Shown piece after piece: positions 1 to 14,196 of a stretch of 64,000 nucleotides of DNA. The position numbers and the translations under genes are program-made. The notes below the pieces were generated by a model. The model saw only the letters and a program-made list of their open reading frames with translations. It ran no database searches and was not told the DNA's origin. This DNA comes from the human T2T-CHM13v2.0 reference genome, Homo sapiens: the NCBI RefSeq assembly GCF_009914755.1, contig NC_060943.1; one strand, given 5' to 3'. Numbering within the stretch: the stretch's first letter is position 1; the number at the start of each line of letters is the position of its first letter.

Positions 1-199
1 GAGATGAAATGAAGGTTTGAGTGATGGTTTAGAATCCCTAACAGCCCCATACACACAGACTCTGTGCTCATAGCCAACTCTACTCCATGGATCTTTACCA
101 AATGTATGTGAAAAAAACTGGAGACAGAACAGGAGAACTGTTGAGAGACCCTCTCTGAGCACATGTGTGGAGCCTCTGGGCCTGCGGAACAATAAAAGA

Positions 200-1165
200 A
201 ATGACTAGCGTCTGTGTGACTGGGGTACCAGAGGAAAGAAGAAAGAGAAGGAGTCAAAATAAGTATTAGAAGAAATAATGGCTAAAACTTTTCCAATTTG
301 GCTAATTTTTAGAATTTTTTGTAGAGACAAGGTCTCACTGTATTGCCCGGGCTGGTCTCAAACTCTTGACCTCAAGAAATCCTTCCAGAGATAAACTCAC
401 AGATTCAAGAAACTCAGTGAAGCACAGTAGAATAAACACAAAGAAAAATACCCCTATGTATATCATGGCACTAGTGAAACCAAGAATAATGAGAAAATCT
501 TGAAAATAGAGAAAACGTAGAGCAATAATTAAAATTACCAGCCACTTCTCATCAGAAAGTATGAAGGCAGAAGACAGGGAAATAACATCTTTGAAATGCT
601 AAAAGAAAAAAGAAACGACCAACCAATAGTTCAGTATACAGAGTAAATATCCTTAAAACATGAACTCAAAATAAGGGCATTTTCAAATAATATAGGTTGA
701 TGATAGAACAAAAGGAAAAGCTATAACTATCAAGTTTCTAGAAGAAACACAGAATGTCTTGGAAAACTTGGGATAGGCAAAGATTATTTTAAAGGAAATT
801 GAAAACACTAAATTTTAAAAGCTTATGACAAACCGGGTATCATTAAAACTAATAACTTGGGCTCTTAAAAAGATACCATTAAAAGAAAGAAAAAGCAAGC
901 CATAGACCAGAAGAAAATATTCAACACACATGTCTTGTATTTAGAACAAAGAACTTATATCGGGAAGTGAAAATAAAAGAACTCTTACAAATCAATAATA
1001 ATAAACAATCCAACTGAAAAAAAAATGAGCAAAAGACACTGTAAGAAGCTGTATGGATAGCCAACAAGCACATTAAAAGTTGCTCAAATTTAAGGAAACG
1101 CAACACAAAACCACTGTGAAATACCACTACTCCCCCATTCGAATGGCTAAAGTAAAAAGCATTGA
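200..1165 (+). mobile_element. Old L1 (L1M-type) relics: ORF1 part then ORF2 3' part, with a short antisense Alu fragment at ~297-385
   Basis: ORF1-like ACAGATTCAAGAA...GAGAAAATCTTGAAA...TTCTCATCAGAAA; ORF2-end-like CTAGAAGAAA...GGATAGGCAAAGAT...GAACTCTTACAAATCAATAA. Confidence 0.7.
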
Positions 1166-1639
1166 CAAGCCAGGCGCTATGGCTCACGCCTGTAATCCCA
1201 GCACTTTGGGAGACCGAGGAGGGCGGATCACCTGAGGCCAGGAGTTCAAGACCAGCCTGGGCAACATGGTGAAACCCCATCTCTACTAAAAATACAAAAG
1301 CTAGCTGGGCATGGTGGCGCATGCCTGTAGTCCCAGCTACTCAGGAGGCCAAGGCAGGAGAATCACTTGAACCTGGGGAGTTCAGGTTGCAGTGAGTCGA
1401 GATCGTGCCACTGCACTCCCGCCTGGGTGACAGAGTGAGACCCTGTCTCAAAAAAATAAATAAATAAGTAAAGTCTGGAAGAGAGAGATGTGATTACCTG
1501 GTAAAGAGTTTTCCACTTGACATTTCTCAGCATATAAATGGGTTATGGGTGAGTCAAGATGTGACAGCTGAAGGCTGCGAGAGCCTCTAGACTGGTCACC
1601 TCAAGCCCTGGGTGGCCTTACTGACCCCAGTGTGCCAAA

Positions 1640-3090
<1,451 letters not shown>

Positions 3091-3402
3091 CGACGGGAAT
3101 GTTCCAGTGGATGGGGAAAATGTGATGAGACAGAAAAGGGAAAATCTGCTGGAGAGTGTTCTTAAGAAGGCACAAGAAGATAGGATGTAATGCACAAAAC
3201 AAAAGGTTTGCCTTAGAAGTATACCCGGAATAACAGAAGAGAAGGCAAAGTATATATGGAGAGACACATAGAACATCGTGCAGATGTGATGGAACATATG
3301 CAAGTTCTCTTTCATTGTTGAAAGTGAGAGTAAGAGAGAAGATATTTGAAGTTTCAGGAAAAATAAGTTGTTAAGGAGTCATCTAAAATAATCTATTGCT
3401 TT

Positions 3403-3881
3403 TGTTACTAAGTAATCAATGGGCTGGCTGCCCAATGCACATAGAGGCTAATAGCATGGCACTGGCTTTTGAAAAAAGAAATATTTTTTTGTGAATTGAC
3501 TGGCAAGGAGACAGGAGGAAACACTCAAATCTGTCTCCCTGAGCTGGGATTTGGATCAGGTTTTATAAGCATAGGATAACGAAGTATGATCTGATTGGAT
3601 CTTGCAGTGAGGTGATTGCCAGGAGGCATGATCTAACTGGATCCTGCCAAGAGGTAACATCAGAGCTTGATCTGATTGGATCCTGGATGCCACCACGTGG
3701 TGTCTGCTTTTTAATTCAGTCCCCTCTCCTCAGTCCAAGCACTTAGGATCCCCCTACCCTGACTGTTCATCTGGGAATGCTCAAGTTACATGACCTTTGA
3801 CCTGGGGGTCCATGGCAACTGAAAAACAACTCACAACTTTGTTACATAAAAGTTGAGCCAGATTGATCTGGTGCAATTACA
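3403..3881 (-). mobile_element. ERV1 solo LTR (MER4-group, MER31/MER67-like)
   Basis: TG...CA termini and 4-bp TSD CTTT (3399-3402 / 3882-3885); shares CAAGGAGACAGGAGG with the element at 14645. Confidence 0.75.
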
Positions 3882-5345
3882 CTTTCTTCCCTCAACAATC
3901 AATCCAGGGAAACAGCCATTTTAAGAACCTGCTACTCAGTACATATACATCTAATGAAAAGGGTTCTTATGAGCATATGTATTATATTTAAGCTATATAT
4001 TTAATCTTCACCATGAGAAAACACAAATGATAAACATACCTTATCTCAAGTAATTACACCATATTCCCCACTACCTCTGCTCTCGAATGCACAGTTTAGC
4101 AGTTATTTGCGCTAAAATTATCCTTCTACACATCAAATCCACTAAAGGAGCTAGTCTCTTTTAAAGAAATGAACCTAATAATCTGTATGAATAAAACCAT
4201 GTCCCAAATTCTCTATAAAGTATATTAAGAGCAGAACTATGATTTAATGCCAAGTAAATTTTAAATATTACACCTTAAAATGCATCATGTTCACATAAAC
4301 AATTATATAACAGACTGGAAATTCAGGAGCTAATAATGCAGTTTTCAGCAACAAAATCAAAGTTCATTTCCTCCACAGCACCCCTGTCTCTACAGCCCAC
4401 TCATATACTATGTATGAACAGCTTCCATATATATGATGTTTCTCAGTGGGTTTTCTCCAACCTGGGCAGCAGAGCAAAACCCTGTCTCAAAAAAAAAAAA
4501 AAAAAGAAAAAGGAAAGAAAGAAAAATGGCCAGGCACAGTGGCTCACACCTGTAATCCCAGCACTTTGGGAGGCTAAGGCTGGTGGATCACCTGAGGTCA
4601 GAGTTCAAGACCAGCCTGGCCAATATGGCGAAATGCTGTCTCTACTAAAAATACAAAAATTAGCCAGGTGTGGTGGTGTGCTCCTGTAATCCCAGCTACT
4701 CAGGAGGCTGAGGCACGAAAATCACTTGAACCCAGGAAGCAGAGGTTGCGGTGAGCCAAGGTTGCACCAGTGCACTCCAGCCTAAGCAACAAAAGCGAAA
4801 CTCCATCTCAAGAAAAGAAAAAGAAAAAGAAATGTCATTTTCATTGAGCATTGGATCAATTTAGAAGTTGATATTCATAGAATAATAACCACATCACACT
4901 ATCTTTCTAAAATTCCAACACAGAATAATAAGACCAATTACTGGGTATGCTCAGCCTGTGGGGGCCAAGAGGGCAGATATTCTCTGCATCTATCCCACTT
5001 GGAGAGTCCAGAGAAGCAGAGGATGTTTTCCAGGGAGGCTGCTGAGATGTAGGGCCCACCCAGGAAAGTCTGAGGGCTATCCTGGGAAAAGGATAAGGAT
5101 AAGGATAACTCATTTTTTCAAAAAAGCAAGTGGGAGAGGCATTAGATTTAAAGTATTTGCCAAATACAAAGCAATTTCAAAGCCTTAAAAAATTCTACAA
5201 GATATTCATTCAACAAATATTGATAGGCCAGGTGTGGTGGCTCATGCCTGTAATCCCAGCACTTTGGGAGGCCGAGGCGGGCAGATCACCTGAGGTCAGG
5301 AGTTTGAGACCAGCCTGACCAACATGGTGAAACTCATCTCTACTA

Positions 5346-5546
<201 letters not shown>

Positions 5547-5613
5547 TTATATATTTTCTAAATTTTATCACTGCAGTTTTCTGCATTGTTTGAGCTCTTT
5601 AAAATGAACAAAA

Positions 5614-6440
5614 CGGCTTGTTTTCACACATCCAAATGCCGAGCCGCCAACACACCTAGGATGCCCCATGGAAGCTGAAGCCGCACTTCCCACATGGCCC
5701 CTCTGGCCAGCCGGGCATCTCAGATGACAGCTGCATCCAGGCCAGCACCTGCAGCTCAGCCGCCAACAGTGGCATCCACCTCTGCAGTTGGCTCTCCTGC
5801 TGCTGCTCCCCAGCAGCCAGGTCTGAGGGCCCAGATGGCAACCACTGCAGCTGACGTGGCTGTGGGCTCTGCTGTGGGGCACACACTGGGCCACGCCGTC
5901 ACCGGGGGCTTCAGTGGAGGAAGTAATGCTGAGCCTGTAAGGCCTGACATCACTTACCAGTAGCCTCAGGGAATCCAGTCGGCACAGCAGCAGCGGCCTT
6001 GCTTCTATGAGACCAGTTTTTGGAGGATGCACAGAACCAGGGTGACAGAAAGCTCTGTGAGGGTTTCAGTGAGGTGCTGAAACAGTGCAGACCTGCAAAC
6101 AGATTGGCCTAATCAAGAAGGTCAAATTGGAGTAATGAAAAATCAGCTCTCATAACCAAGTTAATTTAGTATAAAAATATAATTGATAGTGAAGGTATAA
6201 AGTGTAACCATCAGTTAAACCTCTCCTTGTCATTCATAGCTTCCTTGCTTCAGAATTGAAATGAAAGAAGGTGCTCTTACTGTGCAGAATTTCATTAAGG
6301 TCGTGTAGAATTTGGGGCTGGGCAAATGTTTGTGTAGCCTCCTTAAACTAGCTGTGATTTTATTCTCTGTGAGTTAATTAAAATAAAGTGATTTTCTTTC
6401 AAAAATAAAAATGAAAATGAAATGAATGAAATGAAAAATG
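5614..6440 (+). pseudogene. CHCHD2P3: CHCHD2 processed pseudogene
   Basis: Intronless CHCHD2-like CDS from ATG 5661 to TAA 6110-6112 (peptide ...[42 protein letters not shown]). Disablements: TGA at codon 6 (5676-5678), TAG at 5961-5963, ~4-nt deletion near 6013. 3'UTR has AATAAA at 6382-6387 and an A-rich tail from 6401. The P3 number is from memory of the human locus. Confidence 0.93.
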
Positions 6441-6617
6441 TAATATCATTGTCATCAAACCAACACTGATTTTTCTTTAAAAAAAAAAGATTTAAATTAA
6501 ATATGCAAAAATGTTCACTGCTGGCTGGGTGAGGTGACTCATGCCAGTAATCCCAGCACTTTGGGTGGCCAAAGGGGTGGATCACCTGAGGTCAGGAGTT
6601 CGAGACCAGCCTGGTCA

Positions 6618-6818
<201 letters not shown>

Positions 6819-6828
6819 TTAGCAGTGA

Positions 6829-7182
<354 letters not shown>

Positions 7183-7934
7183 TAACCACAAAAAGAAAAA
7201 CACTTGAAGTTGGGCTATAAAGGAAAGACTTCAGGGAAGACGGAAGATGAATTTGAATAAGGCCGTGAAAAATGAATAGGATTCATAAAAGCACAAAGAA
7301 TGAGAAAGTTCGTGAAAGCTCAAGTAAACTAGTTTTGCTGACGAGACTATGGTTTAGTGAATAATTAGAAGGAAGCCTCAATACAGAATGAGGTCAACTC
7401 AGGGAGGACCATTAATGCCAGGATGAGAAGTCTGAGATTTATTTTATGGGCAATGAGAGCCACTTAAACGTTTAATGCAGGTCTTTCACATGATCAGTGT
7501 GGTATTTTAGGAAGACCACACTGGCATAGCATAAGCCCAGATGTGGGGAGGCTGTCACTAAACCCCTCAGTCTCCCTCTAGGATGCCTTTTTTAAAAATA
7601 AAAAATAATAACATGAGCTTTGGGAACAGAGTTACCCTCCAACAATAGTTGCTGGATGAACATCTCCATGACATTCACTGCTGCACATTCCTTGTTTAAT
7701 TGGAAGAGACCACAGATGACCAAATCATAGGCTGACACATTCAAGCCCTGCCTTGTGATAAAACTAAATAAGACAGGGCTTACCCAGGGTAACCACAGGA
7801 CAAGGGGGAGGAACCTTCCACTCTGCTCCCCAAGGGTAACCACTGAACAAGCAGGAGGAAACTTCCACTCTGCTCCCCGTTTCCTACATCCAGACAAAAT
7901 GCCAGCATCCCTAGTCCACTTCATTTTGTTCTAG

Positions 7935-8142
<208 letters not shown>

Positions 8143-8735
8143 TAGCCAGGATGGTCTCGATCTCCTGACCTCGTGATCCACCTGCCTTGGCCTCCCAAAG
8201 TGCTGGGATTACAGGCTTGAGCCACTGCGCCTGGCCCTTTTTTTTTTTTTTTTTAAGAGAGAGAGAGACAAGGTCTGACTCTGTTGCCCAGACTGGAGTA
8301 CAGTGGCGAGATCTTAGCTCACTGCCAGCCTCTACCTCCTGGGTGCAAGCAATCCTCCAGCCTCATCCTCCTGAGTAGCTGTCTCCCTAGTAGTGTACCA
8401 CCATGCCCTGCTAATTTTTTAATTTTCTAATAGAGATATTGCCCAGGCTGGTCTCGAACTCCTGGGTTTAAGCAATCCTCCCACCTCAGTCTCTGTAATC
8501 CCAGAGTGCTGGGATTACAGGCATGAGCCACAGCATCCAGCCTAATTTGTTAAATTTTTTATGAGCTCTGCGAGCATAATGTAAAGATCCCAATGCTGGT
8601 CCTCATCCTCTCCATGTACCTGCCATTGGTGTTCATGCTATTAGGTCTTAGGACTTTTGGGCTTCCTACCCTTTTGCTTTGCCTCTCTTTGGCTGTGATA
8701 GCAATGGTCATCTCTGCAGATTGGACAAAACCAAT

Positions 8736-9397
<662 letters not shown>

Positions 9398-10575
9398 CCA
9401 GTTATTGGCATTGGCATCTTGGCCTGTACTCTTTACCTTTTAGGGCTTTTTGTCCTGGAGCAGATGCCACAGAAAGACTACTGAAATGCTTATTTCTACC
9501 CCTCAAAACACTATAAACACAGGGGTGAGGCTGTGCAGGCTCTTCTGTTCTCCACCAAAGTGTTCTACACTTCATCATCTTGGGAAAGAAGCTTAATTCA
9601 CACAGGCTCTCATTCTGTGCTTGGCATAAAGTATACCCAGCAGCAGAAAACCAGGAGGTTAACACTCAGTCTCAGACTTCTCTTCGTTTTGTTAAACACT
9701 CTAAAAAATGTAACAGGGCATGCTATGTCTTCCTGATCAAATATTATCAATATCTCCTAATATCCCAAATAAAATCTTTTGGAAGGAAAGAAACTAATAT
9801 TTGTAAGGGGTATCTTGTGTGCCAGACTTTCTTCTAAGCAGTTTCCATACATTGTTTATTTAATCTCCAAAACAACCCTTTTAGTTGGGTATTTTTGTTT
9901 GTTGGTTGGTTTTTGTTTGAGACAGGCTCTCACTCTGTCACCCAGGCTGGAATGTAATGATGTCATCATAGCTCACTGTAGCCTCAACCTCCCAACCTCC
10001 CCAGCCCAAGTCATCCTTCCAGCTCAGCCTCCCAAGCAGCTGGAATGACAGGCACCAACCACCACATCAGGCTAATTTTTTAATTTTATGTAGAGATATT
10101 GCCCAGAGTGGTCTCAGACTCCTGGGCTCAAGTGATCCTCCCACCTCAGCCTCCCAGAGTGCTAGGATTACAGGCATGGCACTGGCCTCCAATCTGATTA
10201 TTTCGATAAAAGTAATACTGTGGAAAGCCGACTAGCAGTAGCTGCTAAAATTAAACATATACATACCTTACGACCCAGAAATTTTACTTCTGCCAGGGCC
10301 TAGTGGTGCATTCCTGTAATTCTAGCACTTTGGGAGGCTGGGGTGGGAGGATCTCTTGAGCCCAGGAGCCGGAGGCTACATTTTGAGCTATGATCACACC
10401 ACTGCACTCTAGCCTGGGCAGCAGAGCAAGACTCTGTCTCAAAAACAATTTTTTTTTAATGTAAAAAGAGTGTGAAATCTTTGGGATTTCCTCATGCACT
10501 CATATATTACATTTTATGGGGTTTACACAAACTAAACTGAGTAGTAGTACAATTATTTCATAAGAATATATTTTA

Positions 10576-12240
10576 GCTCCCTCTCCCTCTCCCTCTTTCC
10601 ACGGTCTCCCTCTGGACTGTGCTGCTGCCATCTCGGCTCACTGCAACCTCCCTGCCTGATTCTCTTGCCTCAGCCTGCCGAGTGCCTGCGATTGCAGGCG
10701 CGCGCCGCCACGCCTGACGGGTTTTCGTATTTTTTTGGTGGAGACGGGGTTTCGCTGTGTTGGCCGGGCTGATCTCCAGCTCCTAACCGCGAGTGATCTG
10801 CCAGCCTCGGCCTCCCGAGGTGCCGGGATTGCAGACGGAGTCTCGTTCACTCAGTGCTCAATGGTGCCCAGGCTGGAGTGCAGTGGCGTGATCTCGGCTA
10901 CAACCTCCACCTCCCAGCCGCCTGCCTTGGCCCCCCAAAGTGCCGAGATTGCAGCCTCTGCCCGGCGGCTACCCCGTCTGGGAAGTGAGGTGCGTCTCTG
11001 CCTGGCCGCCCATCGTCTGGGATGTGAGGAGCCCCTCTGCCTGGCTGCCCAGTCTGGAAAGTGAGGAGCGTCTCTGCCCGGCCGCCATCCCACCTAGGAA
11101 GTGAGGAGCGCCTCTTCCTGGCCACCATCCCATCTAGGAAGTGAGGGTCGTCTCTGCCCGGCCGCCCATCGTCTGAGATGTGGGGAGCGCCTCTGCCCCG
11201 CCGCCCCGTCTGGGAGGTGAGGAGCGTCTCTGCCCGGCCGCCCCGTCTGAGAAGTGAGGAGACCCTCCGCCTGGCAACCGCCCCATCTGAGAAGTGAGGA
11301 GCCCCTCTGCCCGGCTGCCACCCCGTCTGGGAAGTGAGGAGCGTCTCCACCCGGCAGCCGCCACGTCCGGGAGGGAGGTGGGGGGGTCAGCCCCCGCCAG
11401 GCGAGACGCCCCGTCAGGGAGGGAGGTGGGGGGTCAGCCCCCTGCCCGGCCAGCCGCCCCGTCTGGGAGGTGAGGGGCGCCTCTGCCCGGCAGCCCCTAC
11501 TGGGAAGTGAGGAGCCCCTCTGCCCGGCCAGCCGCCCCGTCCGGGAGGGAGGTGGGGGGGTCAGCCCCCCACCCGGCCAGCCGCCCCGTCCGGGAGGGAG
11601 GTGGGGGAGTCAGCCCCCCGCCCGGCCAGCCGCCCCGTCCGGGAGGTGAGGGGCGCCTCTGCCCGGCTGCCCCTACTGGGAAGTGAGGAGCCCCTCTGCC
11701 CGGCCACCACCCCGTCTGGGAGGTGTACCCAACAGCTCATTGAGAACGGGCCATGATGACAATGGCGGTTTTGTGGAATAGAAAAGGGGGAAAGGTGGGG
11801 AAAAGATTGAGAAATCGGATGGTTGCTGTGTCTGTGTAGAAAGAAGTAGACATGGGAGACTTTTCATTTTGTTCTGTACTAAGAAAAATTCTTCTGCCTT
11901 GGGATCCTGTTGATCTATGACCTTACCCCCAACCCTGTGCTCTCTGAAACATGTGCTGTGTCCACTCAGGGTTAAATGGATTAAGGGTGGTGCAAGATGT
12001 ACTTTGTTAAACAGATGCTTGAAGGCAGCATGCTCGTTAAGAGTCATCACCATTCCCTAATCTCAAGTACCCAGGGACACACACACTCTGCCTAGGAAAA
12101 CCAGAGACCTTTGTTCACTTGTTTATCTGCTGACCTTCCCTCCACTATTGTCCTATGACCCTGCCAAATCCCCCTCTGCGAGAAACACCCAAGAATGATC
12201 AATAAAAATAAATAAATAAAAAATAAATAAATAAATAAAA
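10576..12240 (+). mobile_element. Full-length SVA retrotransposon (SVA_D-like)
   Basis: Short CCCTCT hexamer array, antisense Alu-like domain, GC-rich VNTR (~10960-11720), SINE-R, AATAAA at 12201, A tail. Perfect TSD AAGAATATATTTTA at 10562-10575 and 12241-12254. Confidence 0.97.
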
Positions 12241-12256
12241 AAGAATATATTTTATT

Positions 12257-12532
12257 GGCCGGGCACGGTGGCTCGCACCTGTAATCTCAGCACTTTGGGA
12301 GGCTGAAGCGGGTGGATCACCTGAGGTCAGGAGTTCGAGACCAGCCTGGCCAACATGATGAAACCCCATCTCTGCTAAAAATACAAAATTATCTGGGAGT
12401 GGTGGCGTGCGCCTGTAATCCCAGCTACTTGGGAGGCTGAGGCAGGAGAATCGCTTGAACACGGGAGGCGGAGGTTGAGCCGAGATCGCGCCACTGCACT
12501 CCAGCCTAGGCAACAAGAGTGAAACTCTGTCT
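12257..12532 (+). mobile_element. AluS immediately 3' of the SVA
   Basis: GGCCGGGCACGGTGGCTC... dimer; degenerate 16-bp TSD at 12241-12256 / 12533-12548. Confidence 0.93.
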
Positions 12533-12779
12533 AAAAATATATTTTTTTAAATTTGTTTTGTATCAAGAAAAAAATACGAAAACATAACTTTATTGTAGCA
12601 ATCTAATGCAGGTGTCTTTTAAAACTATCTTTTATTTCCAGATGGGACTTGGGAATTTCTTTGTTTTATTTTTTAAATACATTATCTTTCACAAACTCGG
12701 GGAGGAACAACTGTTTTTTAACCAAAAACTCCTCACCCAGGAACAAGCAAACTGCCTGAGAGCTGCATCTATTTTGCAA

Positions 12780-13450
12780 TAGTGCCCCTGAAGCGCGCAC
12801 GACGCCGCAGGGTAGGCGTCCCGCTCCTGACTGGACTCGTGGCACGGTCCTAAATTTGCAGAGGGACCCAGGGAGGATCAACCCACTCGACACTGGCAAT
12901 GTCCCCACCTTCCCTAGCTGCAAACTGAAACCAGCAGCCGAGCCTCCCGCTCTAGAGGCGCGGCGAGGGGCGTGGCCGCGGCTGGGGTGGGGCTAGGGGC
13001 CGGGTCGTGCCCCCCGAAACTGGGCCGTGCCCCCCGCCCACCTCACTGCGCCTGCGCCCGAGGGCGCGGGGCAGGCTGGGAAGTAGCGTTAAGGTGGTGG
13101 TTGGGTGCTTTGCAGGTCACTTGTTGCGCTGCCCGCACGTTTGTCGCGGCTCCTGGATGCCTCTTTGGCCGCCTCGCCTGTTCCGGCTCTCTTATCTGCC
13201 CAGTCTTCCCGGCCCCTGCCCCGGACCCTCCTGCGCGCCCCTCCGGCTGCCTGTGTGCGACCCCAGCAACCGGCCCGGGGTCTCGCCGGCGCCGTCAGGT
13301 CATCGTCCACCCGGCTTGTTCTCAGCTTACCGAGAACGCCCCAGCCCCTGCGCTCCTCCTGTCTTACTTGTGTTGAGTCATTTAATCCGCTTTGCAATTG
13401 AGACATTGAAACGGAGACGCTCAGGAACGTGCTTCAGGTCACAGATCCAA
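12780..13450. promoter_or_regulatory. Orphan CpG island with promoter-like motifs
   Basis: Non-repetitive CpG-dense tract. GC/KLF boxes at 12967-12976, 12984-12993 and 13032-13040; NRF1-type TGCGCCTGCGC at 13047-13057; AP-1 TGAGTCA at 13374-13380. Confidence 0.8.
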
Positions 13451-13566
13451 GATGAGTTAGGGCCTGGAATTGAGTCGGGCTGCCTGCCACCATTCCACCT
13501 TGCATGTCACACCTGGACGAATACCCTGTGCTTCACCTAAATTCGCCTAAATTTTCACTATTTCTT

Positions 13567-14196
13567 TTTATTTTCTTTTCTTTTTTTTTTTTTTTTCTTG
13601 ATACAAGGTCTTGGTAGCCCAGGCTGGAGTATATTGGCGTGACCAGAGCTAGCTCACTGGAGCTTTGAACTCCTGGGGCTCAAGTGATTCTCCCGCCTCA
13701 GACTCCCAAATAGCTGAGGCTACAGGCGCAGGCCACTACACCCGGCTAATTATGACATTTTTGTAGAGGGGGCGGTCTCACTATGTTGCACAGGCTGGTC
13801 TCCAACTCCTGGGCTCAAAAGATCTCCCACCTCGGCCTCCAAAAGTGCTGGGATTACCGGCGTGAGCCACCGCATCCGGCCTGTTCACTATTTCTTTTTT
13901 CTTGACTTTCTTCTTTTTTTTTTTTTTTTCGGAGGCAGAGTCTCACTCTGTCGCCCAAGCTGTAATGCAGTGGCGCAATCTCGGCACACTGCAACCTCTG
14001 CCTCCCGGATTCGAGTGATCGCCTCAGCTGGGATTACAGGTGCCTGCCACCACGCCTGGCTAATTTTTGTACTTTTAATAGAAACAGAGTTTTGCCATAA
14101 TGGCCAGACTGGGCTTGAACTCCCGACCTCAAGTGATTCACCCTCCTCGGCCTCCGTAAGTGCTGGGATTACAGGTGTGAGCCACTGCGCCTGGCC
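13567..14196 (-). mobile_element. Two tandem antisense Alus (13567-13881 J-like, 13897-14196 S-like)
   Basis: Alu consensus; three copies of one 15-bp target site. Confidence 0.92.

Noticed and set aside
10960-11720. Regular ~35-50-bp repeats superficially like a CRISPR array
   Set aside because: SVA VNTR: tandem units without unique spacers, in eukaryotic context
12972-13540. 98-177-aa ORFs across the orphan CpG island
   Set aside because: Mostly non-ATG starts, low complexity, open in several frames at once, no homology recognised
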